In this document: positions 14,621-28,304 of the stretch, piece after piece | Numbering within the stretch: position 1 is the first letter of the stretch | Layout: every line of letters begins with the position of its first letter | Assembly: GCA_951406725.2 (NCBI GenBank) | Contig: OX597831.1 | Coordinates: 3,844,001-3,908,000, forward strand | Direction: 5' to 3' | Length of the DNA: 64,000 bases | Source: Octopus vulgaris | Taxonomy: Eukaryota | The notes under the pieces: model-generated | What the model saw: the letters and a program-made list of their open reading frames with translations, nothing else | Databases searched by the model: none | What the model was told of the DNA's origin: nothing | Program-made: the position numbers and the translations under genes

Positions 14621-14750
14621 TACATCATTTGTACGATGTTATCCTCACTTAAACGTGGATGTTCTATTAGAAAAAAAAAAAAACTTTACTGCGGTAGATA
14701 ACACGAGAGAAAGTCTCGTATTGGCGATTGGTGCAAAATGCATTCCTGTT

Positions 14751-14893
14751 TATATCGTTAGCGGGGAGTACAATCTCCGCTACCTCCAGTACCACGATCA
14801 CTAGATCACGGGATTTCGACCTTGTTTGGTTTTGTCAATGATGGACACACGACGCTAGAAGCAGCAGCGATTCACCTCCTTGCCAGCGATATA
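14751..14893. mobile_element. Small MITE-like element with imperfect terminal inverted repeats
   Basis: Ends are tatatcgttagcggggag and ctccttgccagcgatata. A diverged second copy at about 33677-33801 shares the internal ttttgtcaatg..gaca..cg.gctagaa. Confidence 0.6.
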
Positions 14894-15171
14894 TAAAATA
14901 ACAGTACCAGAATAGGCGCTGGTATCGTGATTAGCCAGTTAGCTTGTTAAGAAATACAACAGAGGTAGTATACTGAGAGATATCAATATTGCTGTAGTAA
15001 AGTTTGTTCTAACAGAACTTGCACGGTTAAGTGCGGATATATTACCCCTGATACTGCTGAGATTTCCTGTCCCTCCTCTATCCTATGGTCTTCTTTTGCT
15101 ACTTTTAAATAAGATCTTATTCCAAACCCCATACGGACGCGTATGTTTGATCTCTTCCCAGGCATCTGTTA

Positions 15172-15360
15172 TTTTCTTTTACTTGTTTCAATCACTGGAC
15201 TGCTGCCATTCTGGAGCACAGCCTTGAAGGGTTTAGTTGAATAAATCGAACCCGGGATTTATTTTAAGTCTGGAACTTATTCTATCGATCTCTTTTACCG
15301 AACAGTTGGGTTGTATGGGAATGTAAACAACCCAACGGTTCGACATGTCAAGCAGTGGGA

Positions 15361-15395
<35 letters not shown>

Positions 15396-15702
15396 ACGGG
15401 CTTTCACACAGTTTCTGTGCACGAAATTCACTCATAAAGTATTGGTTAACCCGGGGCTATAATAGAAGACGTTATAAGGCAGCGAGCTGGCAGAAACTTT
15501 AGCGCGCCGGACGAAATGCTTAGCAGTATTTCGTCTGCCGTTACGTTCTGAGTTCAAATTCCGCCGAGGTCAACTTTGCCTTTTATCCTTTGGGGGTCGA
15601 TAAAGAAAGTACCAGTTGCGCACTGGGGTCAATGTAATCGACTTAATCCCTTTGTCCTTCTTTGTCCCCTCTATGTTTAGCCCCTTGTAGGCAATAAAGA
15701 AA
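15172..15702. mobile_element. SINE B (minus, 15172-15470) next to SINE A (plus, 15476-15702)
   Basis: Similarity to other copies in the window. Confidence 0.85.
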
Positions 15703-15727
15703 TATATAATAGAAGACGTTTATATAT

Positions 15728-16136
15728 ACATATTAGATGTACAACAACGATACTGATGTTCTGGGACTTCTTATATATATCCTCCATTAGTTTATAAGAG
15801 CGGGCTTTTGAAATACTCGCGGCCGCCAAACTAGTTTGCTGGCACCATTTACAGATTTGTACCTTGTGCCGGTCGAGGGATCGCGGGTTCGAATCTCAGA
15901 CCGACGATGTGTGTGTTTATGAGCGAAACACCTAAGCTCCTCACGGCTCCGGCAGAAGGTAATGGCGAACTTCTGTTGACTCTTTCACCACATCTTTGTC
16001 TCACTCTTTCCTCCTGCATCTTACAGCTCACCTGCGACGGACCGGCGTCCCGTCCAGGTGGGGAACCTATACGCCGAGGAAACTGGAAAACCGGCCCTAA
16101 TGAGCCACGCGTGGCTCGAGAAGGAACAAACAACAA
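15728..16136 (+). mobile_element. Composite SINE with a ~145-bp 5' extension replacing the A-box part of the tRNA head
   Basis: An inverted second copy at 19243-19601 shares both the extension and the tail. B-box-like ggttcgaatc at about 15886. Confidence 0.8.
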
Positions 16137-16492
16137 TAGTATAATATGCTTGCATAACGAAATACCATGTACCTACAGATCATTAATATTTATGTACCAG
16201 CTTCCGGGAATGCGTTTATTATGTAAATTGGTATATGCAATAACGTTACACCAGTGTATTGAGTGGCTATTTAATCAATATGTTTGAGGATGATTAATGG
16301 ATAAGATGGGTGGTGATGAAGAGACACCCCACCCCGAGTATATACACCCATTTTTCGTCTTCGATCTCATTCGTAGTAGCAAAAAATCTCAAACGTAGTA
16401 GCAGAAATTAGTGCTGGTTATAAATTCTATAGAATATCTGTAGAAATAACTCTAACAAATATCGGCAAAAATATACATATACTTATATACAT

Positions 16493-16978
16493 GTGGAGGC
16501 GAAATGGCCCAGTGGGTAGGGGAGCGGACTCGCGGTCATAGGATTCCCAGACCGAGCACTGTGAGTGTTTATTGAGCGGAAACAACTAAAGCCCCACGAG
16601 GCAGGGGATGGTGGCAAGCCCTGCTGTACTCTTTCGCCACAACTTTCTCTCACTCTTTCTTCCTCTTTCTGTTGTACTTGTATTTCAAAGGGCCAGCCTT
16701 GACACACTCTGTGTCACGCTGAATATCCCCGAGAGGGTACACGTGTCTGTGGAGTGCTCAGCCACTTGCACATTAATAAATGAGCTGCGACGTCACTGGT
16801 GCCAAGCTGTATCGGCCCCTTTGCCTTTACCTTGGATAACATCGGTGTGGTGTGGAGAGAGGAGGCAGGTATGCATGGGCGACTACTGGTCTTCCATAAA
16901 CAACCTTGCCCAGACTTGTGCCTCGGAGGGTAACTTTCTAGGTGCAATCCCATGGTCATTCATGACCGAAGGGGGTCA
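16493..16978 (+). mobile_element. Chimeric SINE: family C head and body with a different tail
   Basis: Matches 37135-37440 up to about 16780, then matches the tail of the element at 41190-41370. Confidence 0.8.
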
Positions 16979-17458
16979 CAACAATTTATATATACATCAC
17001 TGAACGCAATGTGATTCGAACGCGCAGACTGCTAGTGAACAGGCAGACGCAGTACCGCTGCAACCGGGTGCTCGTTTAGAGTCTTTAGTTTGGTATGTAA
17101 TGATATTGCTTTACGCTAAACGTGACATGATATGATAAAAAGCGTACAGAATTAAATTAAAGGGAAAAAAAAAAATTCCATACTAAGGAAATTCTTAAAG
17201 ACGTGGTATACGATGTAACACTTGTTAAGCACTTCAGAATGAAAAAGCAAACCAGCTGTGATTAACATCTTTCATTTTTTCTTTCTTTCCTTCTTTCTTT
17301 CCTTGTTTGTTTGTTTCTTTCTTTTGTGTATGTGTGTGTGTGTATGTGTGTGTGTGTGTGTGTGTGACGCAGAAAGCAACGAGAGTTTTCTTAGAAGGAA
17401 GTTCAAATTCAAGCGGGAAATTTCTACGAGGACCACAAAGAAATTTTTTTCAATATTA

Positions 17459-17510
<52 letters not shown>

Positions 17511-17778
17511 TTTTTTTTTTCTTTTGTAATATATATTCTAGCATTGTGGGTTTAGTTGTTAAATTGCTGCATTTTCTTCCAGAAAGGAAACGTAAAACGA
17601 GGGATTGGCGTGTGCATGTATGCTTTCATACATACATACATACATACATACATACATACATACATACATACATACATACATACATACATACATACGTACA
17701 TATACATCTATATACATACATACATACATACATATATATGCACACGTATATAAGTATATATATATGAAAGTGTGTATG

Positions 17779-17818
<40 letters not shown>

Positions 17819-18029
17819 CATATATATATACATACACGTATATTTGTATATATATATATATATGAAAGAGTGTATGCATGCATATATATGTATATATATA
17901 TGAAAGAGTGTATGTGTATAAATGTATGTATGTATATATATACATATATATATATATACATATCGTGCGCGTATGCATATATGTATGCATGCTTTTGTGT
18001 ATATATGCACTTTATGTCTTTATGTATTA

Positions 18030-18084
<55 letters not shown>

Positions 18085-19242
18085 CATACGTGTGTGTATG
18101 TGTGTTCGAAAGTTTGTATGTATGTGGGTGTGGTGTCGGAGCAGCTTTTCTTTTAGACATGTATTGAATACACGACTATAATTTAGTTTTATCTTTCCTA
18201 CGAAAGTTTTCTTTTCATATGAGACTTCTTTTTTTGTGCAGGTTATTCACAATAGTAAGCTTTCAAAATCTAGCACCAACAGTTTTAGAACTTCATATTT
18301 CATCTCCCGGAAGAAGTGATCTTAGTGTGTGTTGCTGCCTCCTCATAGGTGGCAAAGCCAATAATAATTGGCATAAACGTTACCGTCAGAATGTGAATTT
18401 TGATCACCATCACTCAGGTGTTTACTTTTGGATGTGACTTGTCGTTTATCCTATCCGTGTTATAGGTCTTGCTTCCATAATTAATCGTCTGCTTTTGTGG
18501 GGAAATTCAGTGGAATATAGGCGTATTGTTTACTAACGTTGTTCTATCTGGTTTTATTTTGAGTTTTGTGGCGTAGTATGCTACAGTTGTTCTTTGCTCT
18601 AAGTGCATAGTAAACTGGTGGAAGGGTGTCGTGTTTAATTGGCTAATAAAACAGTTGGAGTCGTGATGTTTGCAACTTTCACATTCACATTTAAAAATCA
18701 CATGGGTCATTCGTTGCTTAGCGAATTTTCTTGCTTGTAGTTTGTTGCAAATCAGATAGTTTTTAATTTTATTGTTCCTGTATCATGTTATTTATTTTAA
18801 ATTATAATTTTCTGTGATGCCTTTTGCGTTTTGTTTTACGAAATGGTTGTTACAAGTTTAACGTCGATTTTTCGGGGAATTTGATTCCAAAGTCTTTCCG
18901 AATCGTTCGTTTTTCCAAGTCAGAGATGGTCACGCTCTAAATCAAGTCAATATTGATTTCAAATTTTGGTACAAGGCCAGCAATTTCCGGGGCGTGGGGC
19001 AGTTAATTCGTTTACATAAATTCCAGTACTGAACTGGTACTTATTTTATCGACCTTTGTGGGATTTGAACTCAGATCGTGAAGACTAAATTCCGCTAAGC
19101 ATTTCGTTGCGTGCTGATGATTCTGCTAGCTCACCGCCTTGAATTAAGCAAATACTAAATTGACTTCAATGATTAAATGACGTACACATACCTGTACATT
19201 AGCATAAAAAATACTAGTTTATTAATACAGTACGGCACAAGG

Positions 19243-19601
19243 TTTGTTCGTTTGTTCCTTCTCGAGCCATGCCTGGCTCATAAGGGCCGGTTTCCCGTTT
19301 TTCTTGGCGTACAGGTTCACTACCTGGACGGGAGGCCGATCCGTCGCAGGTGAGCTGCAAGATGCAGGAGGAAAGAGTGAGAGAAATTTGTGGCGAAATA
19401 GTCAGCAGAAGTTCGCCATTACCTTCTGCCGACCTGAGATTCGAACCAGCGATCCCTCGACCGGCACAAAGTACAAATCTGTAAAAGGTACCAGCAAACT
19501 AGTTTGGCGGCCGCGGGTATTTCAAGTACCCGCTCGTATAAACTAATGGAAGATATAAGAAGTCCCAGAACATCAGTATCGTTGTTGTACATCTAATATG
19601 T
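19243..19601 (-). mobile_element. Second copy of the 5'-extended composite SINE, with an internal deletion
   Basis: Reverse complement of 15728-16136, lacking about 50 bp after the B box. Confidence 0.8.
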
Positions 19602-22600
19602 TTACCTAACTCTTTGGTTCTTTTACTAATTTCAGCTCGAGAGCTGCGGCCATGCTGGGGCACCGCCGTTATTTATTCTATAATTATTAATTCGCATTTG
19701 AATCATATAAACACTTTATATGTGATTTTTGTATTTCTAATAAAGGCGGCGTTTGATGTGTTTGTTTGATGTTACGTCGTGCTTCCGCTTGCATTGTTCG
19801 GTTCCTTTGTCTTCTGCTGGTTTGTTACAATACCTGTTGTTGATTTATATTTGTTTTATTTAAGTCTTGTTTATTATTTCAGCGGAGTTCTTTATCTTTT
19901 GTCTAATTTCTGGAGAAGAATCTAAACGAAGCACTTGATAAACAAATACTCGCATTTAAAGCCGACGTTTATGAACGGAATCGGTGTCGACGCATTGATG
20001 ACGATAGTGATGACGACAATGACCACATGATGACGATGATGACGATGATGATGATGACGACAACCGTGATAGATTAGCCTAGCAACGAAAAGATTTCCTC
20101 AAACGCACACGCGTGCGTGCAAATACGTTCGCCAGCGCGCGCACACATACCTAATATTCTTCGCATTCTTCCTTCTCTCTCTCTCCCTCTCTGACCCTCT
20201 CCCTCTAACTCCCCTATCGCCTACCGTTCCTCCCCGCTAACTCTACAGCAATATTAATCACACAAACTGCTAATATTTCAATCCGCAAGCCGGCCATGGC
20301 ATGGTGTCATATCGTAATATATATATATTATACGGTGCGGCGCAAAACCAAAGGGATTTTGCTTTGTTTTTGTTTTTAATCCATTGAAATGTCACCCGAA
20401 ACAAATAAACGACAGCAACACTCACCTGTTGCCCTTTCTCAATCATTTACTTTTAGTTTAAGTCCTACCAATATATCTTCCCAGCAATTGCAATTCTCAG
20501 TTCATAATTTCAGCTCGGTGATTGCTGTTGCTGTTGTCGATGTTGTTGTTGTTGCTTTTATTTAACACCAGGTTAGCTTTTATCGAGCGGACCTGTGATC
20601 AAAGTAATTTTCAAATCATTTTAAACGCGCCTTTTCTTCACCTATAAGTGTATCTCTAAGAAAAGAGGCTCACAAGGGATAAGTCCTGGGGTCGATTTGT
20701 TCGACTAAATGTGGTGTTTCAGCATGGCCGCAGTCAATGACTGAAACCTATAAAAGGATATATATATATATATATATATGCATGCTCACATACATATAGA
20801 TATATGTATTATGTACTCTTTTATTTTTTTATTCTCTTATTTCAGTCCTTTGACTGCGGTCATGCTGGAACACCGCATTGAAAAGTTTTAGCTGTGTTTC
20901 AAAAAGGTCAACCTATACCAACTATGCTCAGACTGATATTAGATCAAAGATGTTCTAATTCTAACACTGCCAGTGGAAAGTTAACCTTCCATCTACGCCT
21001 GGAAAGTTATTTTCTGGAGAATTACTTTCCTCAGGTCAGGTCTTTCCCGGTTATGATCTTGGGAAAGCTGTTCTCTATGAAAGACTAACGGGTGTTCATA
21101 GAGTAACACACCCCTCTCTTATTTCATGGACTACAATCGGAAGAACGGCAAAGCTGACTTCGGCAGGAATTGAACTTATTTTCACCGACGCTCTAAAAAT
21201 TCTCTTACCTCAATGCCTTGCGTTTGCTTGAGTAATAATCTTTTCTACTATAGCCACAAAACCTTAAATTTTGGGTGGATGGGTTAGTCGACTGCATGGA
21301 CCCCAATGCTCTGCTGGTACTGTGATGGGAAAAGCAAGGGCTGATACAGTTTGGCACCTGTGTCGTTGCAGGCAAACTCAGAGCGTAAAAGAGCCGAAAC
21401 ATAATAAACCTCAATGCATTTTGTCCAGTGTTTTAACAATTGCACTGTTCCACCGTTCTAGGATTTAGGTAATGGATCCCCTAACGCAAAAGGTCATGTT
21501 GACATCGGCAAATTTTGGACTCAGAATATAAATAGCAGCACAAATACTGCATAACATTTTGTTCGCCGCACTTGCGATTCAGCCAATTTACCACCTCCAT
21601 ACCATATCTTGGAGTACATTATCCAATATATCCTTCAATTTTTAGAGATAGAAGATCTGTCGTTCTCAAACAGCTGCTGTGTCACGCAGATGTGCTGGAA
21701 GGGTTATCTTGGTGTGGTGTTGATTTTACTTCTGGGGCTTTAGAAAATCCATATTAATGCTAAAATATCTCGAAAAACATGGAAATCATAAATATGCTAT
21801 TACACAAATATTGTTAATACAATTAGCTTTTAATGAAATAAAATGATTTTATTTTTAAATTAAGGAAAAAAAAAACTTCTCCATGTAAAATGCCTCGCGA
21901 ATTTTTTTAGTTATTCTTTCTTATGTCACAAAGTTGAAAAGATTGACAGCCACTACAGCAGAGTATTATTTCAGGAAGATTTAAGGCAGCGAGCTGGCAG
22001 AATTGTCAGCACGCCGGACTAAATGCTTAACGGCTTTTCGTCCGTTTTTATGTTCTGAGTTCAAATTCTACCGAGCTCGACTTTGCCTTTCAGCCCTTCG
22101 GAGTCGAAAAAATAAGTAGCAGCTGAGCATTGGGGTTGATATAAATCAACTATTCTCTCTTCTCAAAATGTCAAGCTGTGTGACCAAAGTAGAAAGGATT
22201 ACAACACAAGCAAACGCAAGGCGGCGAAGTAAGAGAAGCCTTAGAGCGTCTTTGCTTCTGTTTGTGTTCCAACATGAATTTTTATGAATCAACAGAAGAG
22301 TTACTATGTGGTCTTTCAATTAAAGCTGGTAGTCAAATGTCCCCATTATTACAACGTATCGTCTTCAAAAATGAAAGAACACTTTGCATGATGCTATCCT
22401 AAAGAGATCCAGTGCAAGAATACCAAGCGAGATTATCACAAGACGAAGAGTAAAACTAGCGGGTCACATATTCCGGCTACAAGAACAGCCATATTAAAAC
22501 AAGTTTCAAATGGTCGACATCGGTAGGAAAAAGAAAGAGAAGGTCGAAAACTACACGGTGCAGAAGAATCCCAACTAAAATGAGAGAGGCCAATATTACG

Positions 22601-22827
22601 TGGCCAGATGTAAGGAAAACCGTAGCCAATAGATACCAGCGGCATTAGTGTGGTATAGGGCACAGGAGGAATTGATACTGATCCTTGTTACAGGATGTCC
22701 AGAAAGAAAGAGAGAAAGAAAGAAAGAAGAATGTAACGGGAAAGAATCAGAATTAGAACACCTTTGATTTAATATCAGTCTGAGCATATATATATATTTA
22801 TGCGTTTAGGTATTCATGTATAGATAA

Positions 22828-22898
<71 letters not shown>

Positions 22899-23135
22899 CA
22901 GCACGGATTTTTGTCAGTGTACAGGTCGCGGTCTTAAAGCGACGAAAATATTTTGACAAATTAAACTTAAATGCTGAAGTGAATCGAACGGCTTTTGTGT
23001 GTTTCTTAAATGGCTTACAAACACCTTCCACGCTGCAATTGTTTTCGCTTCAGCACACGATCTCAGATCAAATCACTTGCTATGCAAGTACATCTCCATA
23101 ATATATATATATGTGTGTATAGGTATTCATGTATA

Positions 23136-23252
<117 letters not shown>

Positions 23253-23930
23253 CCATAAATATATATATATATATATATACACATGCATATATGACTATGG
23301 GACGTCACCAACAAGAAACAACAAGATATACGAAAACAGATGATTTCAATACGCAAACAACGAAAGAAACAAATGGAAAGTAGCATAAGGAACGACCCTT
23401 CATTTATTGTCGGTTGTCCTCATTTCGATTACTGAACCACAATATGAATCTTCCAAGAATTTGCTCCCATAAATACCAAAGTAAACATTTGGATTTATCG
23501 ATGGTGAAAGTTGGGAAGAAAAACAGGACAGTGGAGATATGCAAGGAAACCGAACGAAAACAATCATGGAGGATAGTTAGACCAGAACGAGGATAAAATA
23601 GGGAACGCTGGAGAAATATTTTCTTTGACAAGAGAAAAGATAGAAGAGAGAGACAGGGTACGTCCAGTCCTTAGGACAGTCCTGAAAGAAATGAAAGATG
23701 ATCGCGCGGGGAAAAGAAAGATGGACGATGGTCACGTGTGAGCAACGAAAGAGAAAGAGGGGAGAGAGAGCAGGAGAAAGAGGGAGAGAAAGGGAGAGAC
23801 AGATAAAAAATAGTGAGGGGAGAAAAAAGGGAATTAGAGAAAAAATGAGAGAGAAGACGATGGGGGAGAAAAACAGTATAGAATAGTGTCATATATATGA
23901 GAAATTACGATAAACACACGTTTACATTAT

Positions 23931-24030
23931 TAGTTCTTACGTACATTTCACTATTACGGTCGCTTGGAACTCTACATTGGATGTTCCAAGTACATTTGGA
24001 TGCTAACCAGAACGGATCATCAGGGAATAC
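23931..24030 (-). ncRNA. Eroded hammerhead-ribozyme-like motif
   Basis: gtattcc-CTGATGA-long helix II (cttggaac/gttccaag)-GAAA-tgtacg-TA|agaa. Helix I is weak. Confidence 0.4.
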
Positions 24031-24106
24031 AACTGCATTAAGTTACAGAAAACTAACTAATACACACACACATATATATACATTCATTCTAATATTCTTG
24101 CACAAC

Positions 24107-24153
<47 letters not shown>

Positions 24154-25182
24154 CTAACCGTGGACGAACTGTGACGCATGCACATTTACATACTTAAATG
24201 CATACATATATATACATATATATACATACATACATAACTCCTGGAGCGCGCTCGCACAGGCATATACGGAACAGTAATATCTTTTTGAATGTTTACTTAG
24301 TAATAATATGAAGCAATTAAAAAAAAAAACCAATATTCTTTTGGGGAATAAATTATGCATATTGAAAATAAAATTATTCTTCCAGTTTTTATATTTCAAA
24401 TACAAAGACATGTCATATTGGCTACGGTTGTTATTGTTGCTGCTATTGTTGTTGTTAATATAACTGTTGCAGCATGGATATATGTTCTACAACGGTCGTC
24501 TGGAGGAATAGGAAAAAGTAACAAAAATCGCGCATGCTCACACACATTCCAAAACACACACGCACGCACACATATACCCACAGACGCACATATGTGTGTA
24601 TACAGACGCATACACATTTATATACTTAAAAGCATACATATATACATATATAACTCTTGATATAGGCTATATTACATATTTTCTATTTTTCACATTCTGC
24701 CTCGATCTCTTTCTACATACACACAAACACAGACACACACACAATAACACAGACACACACAAACATACAAACACACACATATCCGAGAATGTAAGGAATG
24801 GAAAAGATAAATAGAGACTACATACGTTTCATAACTATATCGTATATTGTCCACCTTTTGTCATGTGTACTAACAGTGTACATATTGAAGCTTACTAACT
24901 TCTAATACGAGGATCTTCCGGATCGTACTACTATACAAATGTATGTGTGTGTGTGTGTGTGTGTGTGCATAAAAAAATAGAATAGGTCAAAAGTCACGCA
25001 TCAAAATATTTCACACTTTATTTATATTAGGTTTCTTCTTCTTCTTCTTCTTCATCTCCTTCTCCTCCCCTTCTTCTCCCTCCCTCCCTTCCTCCTCCTC
25101 CTCCTCCTCCTCCTCCACTTCTTCTTCTTCTTCTTCTTCTAAATACTTTGCAAGGCGTGCTAACGATTTTCCCAGGTCGAGC

Positions 25183-25213
<31 letters not shown>

Positions 25214-25253
25214 GCAGCAGCAGCAGCAGCGGCAGCAGCAGCAGCAGTGGTGA

Positions 25254-26000
25254 TTGTTTCAAATTTTGTGACAAGGGCAGCAATTCTGGGGGAGGGGTTA
25301 AGTCGATTACATCGACCCCAGTACGAATAGATGAAAGGCAAAGTCGACCTCGGCGGAATTTGAACTTCAGGACGTGGAGACAGACTAAAATACCAATTCC
25401 TTTACTACCCACAAGGGGATAAACACAGAGGGGACAAACAAGGACAGACAAACGGATTAAGTCGATTATATCGACCCCAGTGCGTAACTGGTACTTATTT
25501 AATCGACCCCGAAAGGATGAAAGATAAAGTCGACCTCGGCGGAATTTGAACTCAGAACGTAGCGACAGACGAAGAACCTATTTCTATTTCTTTACTACCC
25601 ACAACGGGGCTAAACACAGAGGAAACAAACAAGGACAGACATAGGTATTAAGTCGATTACATCGACCCTAATGCGTAACTGGTATTTAATTTATCGACCC
25701 CGAAAGGATGAAAGGCAAAGTCGACCTCGGCGGAATTTGAACTCAGAACGTAACGACAGACGAAGTACCTATTTCTATTTCTTTACTACCCACAAGGGGC
25801 TAAACACAGAGGAAACAAACAAGGACAGACAAACGGATTAAGTCGATTATATCGACCCCAATGCGTAACTGGTACTTATTTAATCGACCCCCGAAAGGAT
25901 GAAAGGCAAAGTCGACCTGGGCGGAATTTGAACTTCAGAACGTAGCGGCAGACTTAAAATACCGCTAAGCATTTTGCCTGGCGTGCTAACGTTTCTGCCA
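25254..26000 (-). mobile_element. SINE A multimer: one head and three to four tandem bodies of about 190 bp
   Basis: Units restart at tttctttactacccacaa near 25400, 25587 and 25778. Confidence 0.9.
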
Positions 26001-26740
26001 CCTCGAGTAACAACAACAACAACAACAACAACAACAGCAACAGCAACAAGAACAACGATAATATAAATGATATATACATGCACATATCACCTGCCGTTGC
26101 ATGGATCAACTACCTGTTTCATAACATTGCGCTAATAAACTAACAGCTTCAGAATCCAATTGAAAAAAAAAAAAAAAAAGTAAAACGAAAGTCGACTCTC
26201 TCAATAAGAACAAAAATGCCATAAACATTCTTTGATATTTATTTCACCATTGAGATATTTCTCTATATAAATCACTCATTTCTCTTTTATATAAATACCT
26301 CTTTCAACAAACCTCTTTTATATAAACACTAAAGCCGCATATATTCTGTACAACCGCCGTTTAAGATACTGCGGCGATGTTGGCGATGGTAATGGAAGTT
26401 CGGGCTGAATAAGAGAGGTTCTCTGTGTGGTGCGGGACTTATTAAAAACATGGCTGGCTACCATACTTTCAATTTTTGTGAGACCTCCAAGTTTAAAAAC
26501 AAAAACAACAACAACAAAAAAAAAATACATCTACGAGAGGACAGGGAAATTTATTTCCACTAGAATCAAGTTCAAATTACATCAGTCCAAATTCCTGTCT
26601 CAACACATTGGAATTTCTGTTCCACGATATACCATAAACAAAGAAGAAAAAAACCCCAAAAATCAAAACCAAAGCAACAACAAAAAAAGAAAAACAAAAA
26701 CATTCCACTGCTTATTATATAAGTACAGCAAAGTAAATAA

Positions 26741-26832
<92 letters not shown>

Positions 26833-27000
26833 CGTATATGTATATATATATAAACATATATTGTTATATATATATATATTTATATATATTTGTGTATATA
26901 TATATATATATATATACATATATTGTTATATATATATATATGTAAATATATACGTACATACACACACACATTCACACATATACGCATATACAGACATACA

Positions 27001-27036
<36 letters not shown>

Positions 27037-27477
27037 TATATATGTGTGTGTGCATATATGCACACCTGTCACAACCTGGGACCTTGAAGACTGCTTTAAT
27101 GCAAGAAAGTATAGTAGTCCCTTAATATTTGATATTCAATATTTCATCTATTCAATAAGACAATCAATGCTTCATTTCATTTTACGATATATATACTATT
27201 TACGCTATATATTCTATATTCTACATTAATATTATAAAGAATATAAATAAAACATAAAAAAAACAGACATAGTTGGAATTCTTTTGAATGATATATATAA
27301 ATATATATGGGTTAGTTAACGTTTGTGTTTTTAAACAGGAAATAACCCCGAGTACATAAAGCAAAGAGGACATATTCTATGAGAAGGCGAAGATCCTTGC
27401 ATCGTAAGAACGAGCTTTTATGTTACGAGTCATTTAAATAATCTGAATAATCGGTAAGTTCAGAGTAATTCACGTAG

Positions 27478-27526
<49 letters not shown>

Positions 27527-27737
27527 GACAAATACATAACAAAAACACCAGGACTTACAAACACATATAGCATACAGAAAATTGCACTACTAAGCACTGC
27601 ACACATCCTACATAAAACACTTTCAATACAGTAACAATAAGAACATCACAACAATTCACAGCACATACCCAAGGAGGAGCACATACACAGAGCTGCGCTC
27701 GGTAGTGAAGTGAAAGCACACTATAAAAATAAAACTA

Positions 27738-27792
<55 letters not shown>

Positions 27793-27930
27793 TGGAAAAC
27801 ACTCGGCGAGAAACGGAAGAAAATTTGAAGAAAGAAGGAAAAAACATAATAATAATAATAACAATAGGGCCGAACACAAAACATAGAGGACGATACACAG
27901 ACGAGGGACAGTGAGATTAAACGAATGATG

Positions 27931-27976
<46 letters not shown>

Positions 27977-27977
<1 letters not shown>

Positions 27978-28258
27978 GTACGAAATAGCCCGGCCATGGA
28001 AAATGAAGAAGGTGAAGATAGTGCCAATTATTGTTGGGTTCTTGGGAACAGTACCAGAAGTATCAAGAGGAATATAAAAGGAAATTGGAATAGAGTACCC
28101 AGAAGAACTCCTACAAAAGGTTTGCCCCCTTGGCATGGCCAGAGTAATCAGGAAAGTACTAGATAGCTAAAAAGAACGAATAGCATGGTACAGGTATTAA
28201 GCCCGCTACGCATGCAAGATTCCAGGAGGTCCAACAAAACCTGTGATAAAGAGAAGAA
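27977..28258 (+). mobile_element. 5'-truncated R4/Dong-like RLE retrotransposon inserted in a (TAA)n array
   Basis: KYEIARPWKMKKVKIVPIIVGFLGTVP, a frameshift, then EIGIEYPEELLQKVCPLGMARVIRKVLDS* (stop 28168-28170). (TAA)n lies on both sides. Confidence 0.72.
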
Positions 28259-28265
28259 AATAATA

Positions 28266-28303
<38 letters not shown>

Positions 28304-28304
<1 letters not shown>

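Noticed and set aside
25254-26000. Regularly spaced repeats suggesting a CRISPR array
   Set aside because: Whole units repeat with no unique spacers, there are no cas genes, and the context is eukaryotic.
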